Shown: one piece after another, positions 1-10,653 of the stretch
Numbering within the stretch: the stretch's first letter is position 1
How the letters are laid out: each line of letters starts with the position of its first letter
Assembly: GCF_006345805.1 (NCBI RefSeq)
Contig: NW_021836568.1
Span: 1 to 24,387 of the forward strand
Reading direction: 5' to 3'
Length of the DNA: 24,387 bases
DNA from: Octopus sinensis
Lineage: Eukaryota
Program-made: the position numbers and the translations under genes
Notes under the pieces: model-generated
The model's input: only the letters and a program-made list of their open reading frames with translations
What the model was told of the DNA's origin: nothing
Database searches by the model: none

Positions 1-145
1 TATTATTATTATTATTATTATTAGTTGGCCCCGTGCCGTCAAAAATGATGGCTAATTGTAGTATTTTATATATAAATAAGGTACAAAGCCAAATTTTTAG
101 TTTAATAATTCTTGTATTACCAAATTTTTTATGAAAAATCCTTGA

Positions 146-289
146 CTTCTTGCTTACCAACCACATGGTTCCGGGTTCAGTCCCACTTGGGCAAGTGCCT
201 TCCGCTATAGCCTCGGCCGACCAAAGCCTTGTGTGGGGATTTGATTGACGGAAACTGAAAGAAGCCCTTCGTATATATGTATAATATAT

Positions 290-333
<44 letters not shown>

Positions 334-337
334 ATAT

Positions 338-380
<43 letters not shown>

Positions 381-592
381 GGTGTGTATATGTTGTGTGT
401 CTGTGTTGTCTCCCCAAACGTGCGTGGAAACCGATGCTAGTGTGTTTACGTCCGTAACTTAGCGGTTCGGCAAAAAGAGACTGATAGAATAAGTACTAGG
501 CTTACAAAGGATAAGTCCTGGGGTCGACTTGCTCGGCTAAAGGCGGTGCTCTAGCCTGGCCACAGTCATATGACTGAAACAAGTAAAAGAGA

Positions 593-600
<8 letters not shown>
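146..600 (+). mobile_element. tRNA-derived SINE, family A (5'-truncated), with internal (TA)n/(TG)n tract
   Basis: B-box-like GGTTCAGTCC at about 173-185, body ending ATGACTGAAACAAGTAAAAGA. Colinear with reverse-strand copies at 7233-7664 and 21502-21998. Followed by (GA)n at about 597-632. Confidence 0.85.
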
Positions 601-635
<35 letters not shown>

Positions 636-733
636 CCTGTTTAGTGGCAACGATGGTGGAGTCAGCACACAGTGAAAAAAATCGACGTGTTTCGTCATCA
701 GCGCCCAAGTGCTAGTGTCGAAGCCTCAACGCG

Positions 734-1331
734 TCACCATCACCACCATCACCACCACCATTACCATCACTACCATCATCACCATCACCGCCACCATCAC
801 CATCACCACCACATCACCACCACCACCACCATCACCATCACCATCACCATAACCATCACCACCACCATCACCATCACCACCACCATCACCATCACCACCA
901 CATCACCACCACCACCACCATCACCACCACCACCACCACCATCACATCACCACCATCCCATCACCATCACCACCACCATCACCATTACACCACATCACCA
1001 TCACCACACCATCACCAGTACACCACCATAACATCACCACCACCATCACCATCACCACCACATCACCCATTACCACCACCATCACCATCACCACCACCAT
1101 CACCATCACCACCCACACAACACCACCACCACCTCACCACCCTCATCATACCCTCACCATCACCATCACCACCACCATCACCATTACCACCACCACCACC
1201 ATCACCACCACCACCATCACCACCACCATCACCACCACCATCACCATCAACACCATCACCACCACCATCACCATCACCACCATCACCACCATCACCACCA
1301 CCACCATCACCACCATCAACACCATCACCAC
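734..1331. repeat. degenerate (CAC/CAT)n trinucleotide array
   Basis: Directly visible; the His/Thr/Pro and Gly/Val/Met ORFs here are its translations. Confidence 0.95.
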
Positions 1332-1660
1332 TTAGAAGGTCCCACTTGTTGAAGGCCCTCCTTCCGATGATTGAACCCCGTCCTCCACGCCGGACCGCAC
1401 GCCGACTGTTTGTCTCTGGCTGTCTTTGATACAATTTAAAACCCATCGATGGCGCCCGGAGGCTTTATTGACGGGTTACCCTGCCTAAAGGAGGAGAGTG
1501 GGGGAAGAAGAGGGGATGGACAAGAAGGATGAGGGAAAGGAGGAGTGGTGGGTTGAGGAGTGGTGGCGTAGGCACCCCAGGCTGTGGGTGAGCGTTTCGT
1601 CAACCTTTCACACTGATATTGCACTTGACATTTCATGCACCCTGTTGTTTCGTAAGGTGA
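1332..1660 (-). other. unique GC-rich island between repeat arrays; possible exon(s), unidentified
   Basis: Non-repetitive and CpG-containing. The minus strand has a long polypyrimidine tract ending TTTAG (acceptor-like, exon would start at 1484) and open frames such as PYETTGCMKCQVQYQCERLTKRSPTAWG. No protein family recognised. Confidence 0.3.
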
Positions 1661-2170
1661 TGGAGGTGGTGGTCATGGCATGGGTGGTGGAGGGTGCGCT
1701 AGTGGTGGTGGTGATGGTTGTGGTGGTAGTTGTGGTGGTGATGATGGTGATTGTGTTGGTGGTCGTAGTGGTAGTGGTGGTAGAAGTGGTAGTGGTGGTG
1801 GTGGTAGTGGTGGTGTTTGTGGTAGTAGTTGTGGTGGTGGTAGTGGGGTAGTGGTGGTTGTGGTGGTGATGATGGTGATTGTGATGGTGGTCGTAGTGGT
1901 AGTGGTGGTGGAAGTGGTAGTAGTTGTGGTGGTAGTCGTGATTGTAGTGGTAGTAGTGGTGGTGGTGGTTGTGGAGGTGATAGTGGTGGTGCTGGTGGTA
2001 GTGGGGTAGTGGTGGTTGTGGTGGTGGTGGTGATGATGGTGGTCGTAGTTGTAGTGGTGGTGGAAGTGGTAGTAGTAGTGGTGGTGGTAGTTATGGAGGT
2101 GATAGTGGTAGTGGTGGTCGTCGGTTTGGTGGTAGTAGTGGTGGTAGTAGTGGTCGTCGTTGTGGTACTA
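1655..2170. repeat. (GGT/AGT)n array with ~130-160 bp higher-order repeat
   Basis: Marker GAAGTGGTAG recurs at 1783, 1911 and 2063; GGGGTAG recurs at 1845 and 2003. Confidence 0.9.
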
Positions 2171-2282
2171 GTAATTGCAATGGTAGATGACAGAACACGT
2201 GACGGTGATGGCGTCTGTGCTGGCGGTAGTAGCGTTGTTGATGGAGGGGGTTGAGATAGTAAAATAACAATACATGATACAG

Positions 2283-2371
2283 AGCAGCAGCAGCAGTAGC
2301 AGTAGTAGTAGTAGCAGTAGTTGTAGTAGTAGTAGTAGTATTGGTGTTGGTGGTGTTGGTGGTGTTGGTAA

Positions 2372-2412
<41 letters not shown>

Positions 2413-2555
2413 TTGGTGTTGGTGATGGTGTTGGAAGTAGTAGTGGTGGTGGTGGTAGTAGTAGAAGTAGTAGTGATGGTGGTAGTGATGGTAGCAGTAG
2501 TAGAAGTTGTAGTAGTATAGTAGTAGTAATAGTAGTAGTTGTAGTAGTAGTGCTA
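2283..2555. repeat. (AGT/GGT/AGC)n low-complexity array
   Basis: Directly visible. Confidence 0.9.
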
Positions 2556-3052
2556 GAAGGAAGAAAGAGGGCGAAGGATGTGACATACATAAATACAAAC
2601 TCATACACATGTATGTTTGTATGTATGTATGTATGTATGTATGTGTGTATATATGTATGTATGTACGTATGCATGTATGTATATTGTATTTATTTAAGGT
2701 CACCAGTTGAACGACCTTACCAGCAATGATATCTAATGTTCTCAATATCTAATTTGATTCGACATTTTTTTTCTGATGTCACAGGAATATCGGAATTCAC
2801 TCCAAAACTCCACACAGCTCCCCCCTTCACCCACACAGCCCCTTCTCTTTGTCTTTCTCTTCCTTTCCATCCACCCCTCTCTCCCTCCCTCCCTCATTCC
2901 CTCCCCTGTCACTTTACGTCTTTTGTTTCTCTGTTCCCCCCCTCTGTTTCTGTTGCTCTCGTTTTTCTCTATTCCTCTTGATACGACAATTCATCTCGAC
3001 GAGCCGAATTAACTAGGGACGGGGCCTAACGCCATCGTTCAACTTGTAAAAG

Positions 3053-3068
3053 ATATATATATATAGTA

Positions 3069-3138
<70 letters not shown>

Positions 3139-3155
3139 TATAATATATATATATA
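3053..3155. repeat. (TA)n microsatellite abutting the hammerhead array
   Basis: Directly visible. Confidence 0.95.
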
Positions 3156-4398
3156 GTGAGAATTTACGAAAACAGCAAAAGACGAAGACGGGTGTGTAAA
3201 CAACAAACAGATGTATTAGTTTAACGCTCAGTAAGTAAGAAAGTCTTTTAGATTTCGAGCCTACGCTCTTCATCAGAAAGGAACATATATATATATAGTG
3301 AGAATTTACGAAAACAACAAAAGACGAAGACGGGTGTGTAAACAACAAACAGATGTATTAGTTTAACGCTCAGTAAATAAGATAGTCTTTTAGATTTCGA
3401 GCCTACGCTCTTCATCAGAAAGGAACATATATATATAGTGAGAATTTACGAAAGCAACAAAAGGCGAAGACGGGTGTGTAAACAACAAACAGATGTATTA
3501 GTTTAACGCTCAGTAAATAAGAAAGTCTTTTAGATTTCGAGCCTACGCTCTTCATCAGAAAGGAACATATATATATATAGTGAGAATTTACGAAAACTAC
3601 AAAAGACGAAGACGGGTGTGTAAACAACAAACAGATGTATTAGTTTAACGCTCAGTAAGTAAGAAAGTCTTTTAGATTTCGAGCCTACGCTCTTCATCAG
3701 AAAGGAACATATATATAGTGAGAATTTACGAAAACAACAAAAGACGAAGACGGGTGTGTAAACAACAAACAGATGTATTAGTTTAACGCTCAGTAAGTAA
3801 GAAAGTCTTTTAGATTTCGAGCCTACGCTCTTCATCAGAAGGAACAATATATAGTGAGAATTTACGAAGCAACAAAAGACGAAGGACGGGGTGTGTAAAC
3901 AACAAACATATGTATTAGTTAAACGCTCAGTAAGTAAGAAGTCTTTTAGATTTCGGCCTACGCTCTTCATCAGAAAGGAACATATATATATATAGTGAGA
4001 ATTTACGAAAGCAACAAAAGACGAAGACGGGTGTGTAAACAACAAACAGATGTATTAGTTTAACGCTCAGTAAGTAAGAAAGTCTTTTAGATTTCGAGCC
4101 TACGCTCTTCATCAGAAAGGAACATATATATAGTGAGAATTTACGAAAGCAACAAAAGACGAAGACGGGTGTGTAAACAACAAACAGATGTATTAGTTTA
4201 ACGCTCAGTAAGTAAGAAAGTCTTTTAGATTTCGAGCCTACGCTCTTCATCAGAAAGGAACATATATATAGTGAGAATTTACGAAAGCAACAAAAGACGA
4301 AGACGGGTGTGTAAACAACAAACAGATGTATTAGTTTAACGCTCAGTAAGTAAGAAAGTCTTTTAGATTTCGAGCCTACGCTCTTCATCAGAAAGGAG
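3156..4398. repeat. tandem satellite, 9 units of ~136-142 bp
   Basis: GTGAGAATTTACG begins at 3156, 3298, 3438, 3580, 3718, 3854, 3995, 4133 and 4271. Units are nearly identical; length varies mostly through a short (TA)n. Confidence 0.97.
3245..4395 (-). ncRNA. nine minimal type-I hammerhead ribozyme motifs, one per satellite unit (leftmost 3245-3280, rightmost 4360-4395)
   Basis: Minus strand reads CUUU-CUGAUGA-A-GAGC-GUAG-GCUC-GAAA-UC-UA^AAAG. This gives the conserved CUGANGA and GAAA boxes, a 4-bp helix II with tetraloop, a 4-bp helix I (CUUU/AAAG) and an NUH triplet CUA. Helix III is reduced to the A15.1-U16.1 pair. The copy near 3951 lacks one helix II base. Confidence 0.8.
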
Positions 4399-4461
4399 CA
4401 CAGAAATAAACAGAAAGAGAGAAAATGAAAAAAGGTTTAGTGGCTAGCGATATTAATATTT

Positions 4462-4728
4462 TACTTTTACTTGTTTCAGTCATTTGCCTGCAGACATGCT
4501 GGAGCATCGCCTTTAGTCGAACAAATCGACCCAAGGACTTATTCTTTGCAAGCTTAGTGCTTATTCTATCCGTCTTTTTTTGCGGAACCGCTAATTTACG
4601 GGGACGTAAACACACCAATATCGGTTATCAACCGATGATGGGGGGGACAAACACACACACACAAATATATACCAAATCCACTCACAAGGCTTTGGTCGGC
4701 CTGAAGCTACAATAGTAAACACTTGCCC
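4462..4728 (-). mobile_element. SINE family A, partial and internally deleted
   Basis: TTACTTGTTTCAGTCATTTG...CACTTGCCC matches the copies at 7233 and 21502. Confidence 0.85.
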
Positions 4729-5228
4729 AAAACAATATATATATTGCTGTATTTCGGGATGGTCATTTTTTTGCCAAAATAAACGCACACACTATATACT
4801 TTTCTTTATTCGTTTACTACTGTTCTTATTTTGGTATTTTAGCTCATGTAAATTGTCCGCGAATCTTTCGTCACACATCTGTGACCTCGTTGGCGATACT
4901 TTACGTTTTCGTGTGTGCCCTTGCTCCTAGAACAATGGACACGAGTTAAAATATTAAAATAAGAAGAGTAATAAACGAGTGAAGAAGAACTATATAGCGC
5001 ATGTGTTTATTTGGCAAAAAAAATGACCGTCCCGAAATACAATATCGGTTTCAATACGCGATTTCACTTCAGGAATCTTGCAACACAAATTGATAACCGT
5101 ATATGTGTGTGTGTGTATGTATGTATATGGTATTATGTACGTATGTATGTGTGTGTATATATATTATATATATATATATATATATAGAATAGAAATATAA
5201 ATATATAATAAAAATATATAAATATATA

Positions 5229-5359
5229 TAGAATAAGAACCAATTAAAAAAAGAAGAAAACCATACGTTCTGTGATCTGGCATCGATTTGTTCGACTAAC
5301 CCTAACAAGGGCGGGGGGGGGTTCTGCAATGGCCGCAGTCTAATGACTGAAACAAGTAC
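5229..5359 (+). mobile_element. SINE family A, diverged 3' fragment
   Basis: CGATTTGTTCGACTAA...TGGCCGCAGTCTAATGACTGAAACAAGTA matches the family A 3' end. Confidence 0.65.
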
Positions 5360-5782
5360 CATGATAATTCTCTCTACAATATCATGTTATAAAACAACAA
5401 CAACAACAACGACTTATCTATAAGCATTTATCTAAAACCAATACACACATGTAAAGCGAGACTCCAATAAACAGGATTTATAAATGAAATCAAAATTTTA
5501 ACATCCTGCGCCATAAAGATTCGCCATTATTGACTTACAGGATCCTTTGTCGGCTCGGGAAAGAAATGGCGGTTTTTTTCTTGTTGTTGTATAATTAGGC
5601 CTGTGTATCTTGTTGCACTTTTTCGCTTGTGTCTTCGTTGTTGTTGCTCTTTAGCGTTTGATAAGGAAGTTAGCTTATTGTTGGTGCGTGGGGATTTTGT
5701 TTGAATTTGTAATTATTACGTGATGTGATGTGGCTGTTGTTTAAAATTGCTGACGTAGCTATTAGCGTAAGATAACTGTGTG

Positions 5783-5953
5783 AAGGCGAGTGGCTTTGTG
5801 GTTAGGGTAAATCGGCGTTCGAATTCAGCCGAGGTCGACTTTGCCTTTTATCCTTTCGGGGCCGTTAAAGGAAGTACCAGTGGAGCACTAGGGTCGATGT
5901 AATCGACTTACTCCCTCCCCCAAATTTCCGGCCTTGTGTCTTTTGTAGAAAGA

Positions 5954-5955
<2 letters not shown>
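5783..5955 (+). mobile_element. SINE family B (3' end type Y) with (ATT)n tail
   Basis: Core GAGGTCGACTTTGCCTTTTATCCTTTCGGGG...GGTCGATGTAATCGACTT is shared with 6132, 22661 and 23496; followed by (ATT)n. Confidence 0.85.
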
Positions 5956-6345
<390 letters not shown>

Positions 6346-6460
6346 ATTACTATTATTATTATTTAAAATTTATTTATTTATTTATATTTTCATTTTTATT
6401 ATTATTAATATTATTATTATTATTTTTATTATTATCACTATTATTTTTTATTATTATTAA

Positions 6461-6506
<46 letters not shown>

Positions 6507-6651
6507 TTTATTTTTATTATTATTTTTATTATTATTATTACTATTTTTATTATTATTATTATTTATTGTTATTATTATCATTATTATAATTATTATTTAT
6601 TATTATTACTATTATTATTATTATTATTATTATTGTTATTATTATTATTTA

Positions 6652-6716
<65 letters not shown>
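6346..6716. repeat. (ATT)n microsatellite
   Basis: Directly visible. Confidence 0.95.
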
Positions 6717-7232
6717 TGTCGTTGTTGTTATTAATGATGTTGCTTAATGCGAAACCTCCATGATGACGATGGTTACTACTGCCTGTTGTTGTTTGCCGGT
6801 GGGTGAGTGGGTGGGGGATGGGGGATGGGGGGGAATGATTTGTTTGTTTTTGTTAGGGTAATGTTTGAAGGTTAACGAGTGTCAGTCACGTGATCGGGTC
6901 GTTTGAGAGACTCCTAAGTTATTGACCTATCAACGTTGGAGCGCCGGGTTTAGTAATTTTGGGAGTGTTGGGTGAAGGGATTTGAGGAATTCTGGTCGCC
7001 GACAGATGGCTCTCTCGGTTGACCTCGTCACTCATCAACTAATATAATCTCCAGGGTAATTAGGAGGAGGAGAAGGAGGAACAGGAGGAGGATGTGCGTT
7101 ACAGCTCCATATACGCATATATGTATATATATAGATATATTATGCATCCACACGCACTCATATATGAGTATAAAGACATTGATACATATGTATTGTGTAT
7201 GTACACACTTACACATATACATATATATCTAT

Positions 7233-7443
7233 ACTCTTTACTCTTTTACTTGTTTCAGTCATTTGACTGCGGCCATGCTGGAGCACCACCTTTAGTCGAG
7301 TAAATCGACCCCAAGACTTATTCTTTGTAAACCTAGTACTTATTCTGTCGGTCTCTTTTGCCGAACCGCTAAGTTACGGGGACGTAAACACACCAGCATC
7401 GGTTGTCAAGCGAAGTTGGGGGGGGACAAACACAGACACACGA

Positions 7444-7501
<58 letters not shown>

Positions 7502-7664
7502 GGGGCTTCTTTCAAGTTTTCCGTCTACTAAATCCACTCACAAGGCTTTAGTCGGCCCGAGGCTACAGTAGAAGACACTTGCCCAGGGTGCCACGCAGTG
7601 GGACTGAACCCGGAACCATGTGGTTGGTAAGCCAGCTACTTACGACACAGCCACTCCTGCGCCT
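7233..7664 (-). mobile_element. SINE family A, full length
   Basis: Minus-strand head AGGCGCAGGAGTGGCTGTGTCGTAAG (A-box-like) ... GGTTCAGTCCC (B-box-like), internal (CA)n(TA)n, and the family 3' end. Confidence 0.9.
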
Positions 7665-7946
7665 ATATGTATTTATGTATATGTGTATATATACACATAT
7701 ATACATATATATATACATATATATATATATTTATATAATATGATTTCTTCCATTTTCTATATGCTGTCTTCTCAGTTTTTTCTGCGTTTCTTCTATTATT
7801 CAATATTTTAAAGTTCGTTTTGATATGTAGTTTGCGCTTGAAGAATATCTTTGATTCTTCTCAACATATGAAACTATTAGTAGAGCTTTAATACACGTAT
7901 TGTGACCTTAAAGAAATAATAACTATATATATATAACGCAATGCAG

Positions 7947-7982
<36 letters not shown>

Positions 7983-8209
7983 TAAAAATAAATAAAACAT
8001 ATGCATATATACATACATATATGTACGTACCTACCTCTACATGTATATATACATGCATATATGGGTACAGGACACCAAAAAAAACGTCGAACACAATGAG
8101 AAACGAAAACATAAACACAAAACCAAGGAAATGGATTTTTTTTAAACAACGAAAAAATAGAGTACAGGACATACAAAACAAGGAAAATTCCCCTCCTTCT
8201 GTCGCCTTA

Positions 8210-8264
<55 letters not shown>

Positions 8265-8602
8265 GTGTGTGTGTTTGTAGATATGTATGCATGTATAATT
8301 AATTGTGACAGGAGCAATATTAACACCAAAAAGTAGCATTCATCCCAACTCAGAACTGTATGTTCTGTTAGAACACAAAATACTGCGAAAGTTACCCCGA
8401 GAGAACCTTATACGCACCACTTTATATTATTAAAGATATTGAAATATCTCAGCAGTTCCCTTACGCATAGCGATACGAATAACCTGGTGTTAGAACACTG
8501 TATACATTTGCTTCAGAATAGAGAGATAGTCGAGTACAGAGCATAATACGGGATTATATAAATAAGAAAAGAACAAGAGTCTGCAGTTCTATAATTAGCA
8601 TA

Positions 8603-8668
8603 TGGCGTAGTAGTTAAGAGCGCGGGCTACTAACCCCAAGATTCCGAGTTCGATTCCAGGCAGTGACC
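8603..8668 (+). mobile_element. tRNA-like Pol III head (SINE-type), not a functional tRNA
   Basis: A-box-like TGGCGTAGTAGTT, 7-nt anticodon-like loop CTACTAA closed by only GGG/CCC, B-box GAGTTCGATTCC. Acceptor and T stems pair poorly. Confidence 0.7.
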
Positions 8669-8703
8669 TTAATTATTATAATATTTTAAAATTTTTTAAA
8701 TTT

Positions 8704-8734
<31 letters not shown>

Positions 8735-8745
8735 TTTTTTATTTT

Positions 8746-8888
8746 AGACATTCACTAGTACAACACCAAAACCCCAAATTATGGCACACTAGGCATAACA
8801 ACAACATGAACTTCCAACCTGTGTCTCTTGAGGTCTCTTGGTGAGACTTGGAGCCAACTTGTACAATATAAAGCAAAAGTCAAACATA

Positions 8889-8921
<33 letters not shown>

Positions 8922-8933
8922 ATGATGATGATG

Positions 8934-8982
<49 letters not shown>

Positions 8983-9123
8983 AAGTAATAATAATAATAA
9001 AATAATAATAATAATAATATAATAATAATAAATAATGATATATAATAATAATAATAAAATGATGATGATGATGATGATGATGATGATAATAATAATAAAT
9101 AAATGATAATGATGATGATAATG

Positions 9124-9173
<50 letters not shown>

Positions 9174-9181
9174 TAATAATA
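8746..9181 (+). mobile_element. probable 5'-truncated retroposon 3' end (8746-8890) with (AAT)n tail
   Basis: About 145 bp of complex sequence ending GCAAAAGTCAAACATAG runs directly into ~290 bp of (AAT/GAT)n. Family not identified. Confidence 0.45.
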
Positions 9182-9231
9182 ACATCGAAAAATACCTTAG
9201 GAATGAGAACCCAGGTTCGAAATTTCCCCAA

Positions 9232-9277
9232 GACACCCGAAGAATCTTGGAGCGTATATCAGCCGAAACGTTGTGTT
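9232..9277 (+). ncRNA. degenerate minimal hammerhead-like motif (Penelope pLTR type)
   Basis: GACAC-CCGAAGA-A-[TCTTG..CAGCC]-GAAA-CG-TT^GTGTT. Helix I GACAC/GTGTT and palindromic helix III ACGT are present; U4 is C and helix II is only partly paired. Confidence 0.5.
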
Positions 9278-9898
9278 AACAACACACAGGATGAGGACAA
9301 TATCCGTCAAATATAAATAATGTAAATAAGGAACAAGAAATTATAGAATAACCTCCATTGACTCACAGTTGTTTTCTGCTATAAATGCAATGCACTCATA
9401 CTTGAATGCCAGCGTATCATTCTTTGTAGAAACCACGGTAGGCTAATGAAATTCATATGATTTCTTGTTCCCTTGCATCGCGTATGAGAGTGAACCCAAG
9501 ACCACTTGGTTGGAAAGCAAGCTTCTTAACCACGCGCCGCTATCACTGCCAGCCATAAAGCCACGCCTGCAGTGAAACACACACACACACGCACGCACTT
9601 ATATATTTGGATATATTTATGGCTGCAGTGATAGCGGCGTGGTTAAGAAGCTTGCTTTCCAACCAAGTGGTCTTGGGTTCACTCTCATTACGCGATGCAA
9701 GGGAACAAGAAATCATAATGAATTTCATTAGCCTACCGTGGTTTCTACAATAGAATGATACGCTGGCATTCAAGTATGAGTGCATTGCATCTTATAGCAG
9801 AAACAACTGTGAGTCAATGGAGGTTATTCTATAATTTCTTGTTCCTTATTTACATTATTTATATTTGACGGATATTTGTCCTCATCCTGTGTGTTGTT

Positions 9899-9944
9899 AA
9901 CACAACGTTTCGGCTGATATACGCTCCAAGATTCTTCGGGTGTC
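9899..9944 (-). ncRNA. mirror copy of the degenerate hammerhead-like motif
   Basis: Exact reverse complement of 9232-9277. Confidence 0.5.
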
Positions 9945-9995
9945 TTGGGGAAATTTCGAACCTGGGTTCTCATTCCTAAGGTATTTTTCGATGTT

Positions 9996-10040
<45 letters not shown>

Positions 10041-10070
10041 GTATACATATATTATGTACATGCGTTTATA

Positions 10071-10115
<45 letters not shown>

Positions 10116-10170
10116 GTATGTATGTAATGTATCTATATATATATATATATATATTATATATAATATATAG

Positions 10171-10213
<43 letters not shown>

Positions 10214-10422
10214 TACATACACGATATATATATATACATATATATGCAATACACACATATATTTATATATACATACATGTATATATATATATGTATATAT
10301 ATAATGTTTAATCATATCAAAGGGAAATGGAATTTAATTAAAATTAAAATATTCAATCAAAATTTACATTTACAGTGGTCTAACGTGCAAAACAAAATTA
10401 GTCAAGAAGACTATATATTAGT

Positions 10423-10653
10423 CATACGATTATAGTGCATATTTATACACATAAGGAATCCACTTTGCGTGAGATTCAACACATTAGAAAGAACAGTTAG
10501 GTTCTAATGGTAAATATTTTTCATTTCCAAATTTATTCCTGTCGAATTTTATCCGTTATTTTTGTGGTTTACAAACCCTAGCTGTTCTTTCTAATGTGTT
10601 GATTTCACGCAAAGTGGATTCCTTATGTGTATAAATATGCACTATATCGTATG
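10423..10653. mobile_element. MITE-like foldback element, ~78 bp inverted arms
   Basis: 10423-10501 (CATACGATTATAGTGCATATTTATACACATAAGG...) pairs with 10577-10653 around a 75 bp spacer, with a few substitutions and indels. TSD not resolved. Confidence 0.7.

Larger units (their letters stand above)
9172..10011. repeat. long inverted duplication, ~390 bp arms (about 9172-9559 and 9616-10011), 56 bp spacer
   Basis: AACATCGAAAAATACCTTAGG... at 9181 is the reverse complement of ...CCTAAGGTATTTTTCGATGTT ending at 9995. I found about 8 small indels and no substitutions between the arms by eye. Confidence 0.95.

Noticed and set aside
684-701. Minus-strand CTGATGA-C-GAAA-CAC-GTC, hammerhead-like boxes
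   Set aside because: There is no helix II between the boxes and no helix I pairing; likely chance.
672-1446. His-rich or Gly/Asp-rich protein ORFs
   Set aside because: All frames on both strands are open, as expected for a stop-free trinucleotide repeat; no independent coding evidence.
3070-4388. Repeating ORFs (MKSVGSKSKRLSYLL...) on the minus strand
   Set aside because: They are translations of the satellite that change frame with (TA)n length; no protein signature.
3156-4398. CRISPR array interpretation of the regular repeat
   Set aside because: Whole units are repeated with no unique spacers, there are no cas genes, and the context is eukaryotic.
8603-8668. tRNA-Ser(ACT) gene
   Set aside because: The anticodon stem has only 3 bp, the acceptor and T stems are poor, and there is no long variable arm; better read as a SINE head.
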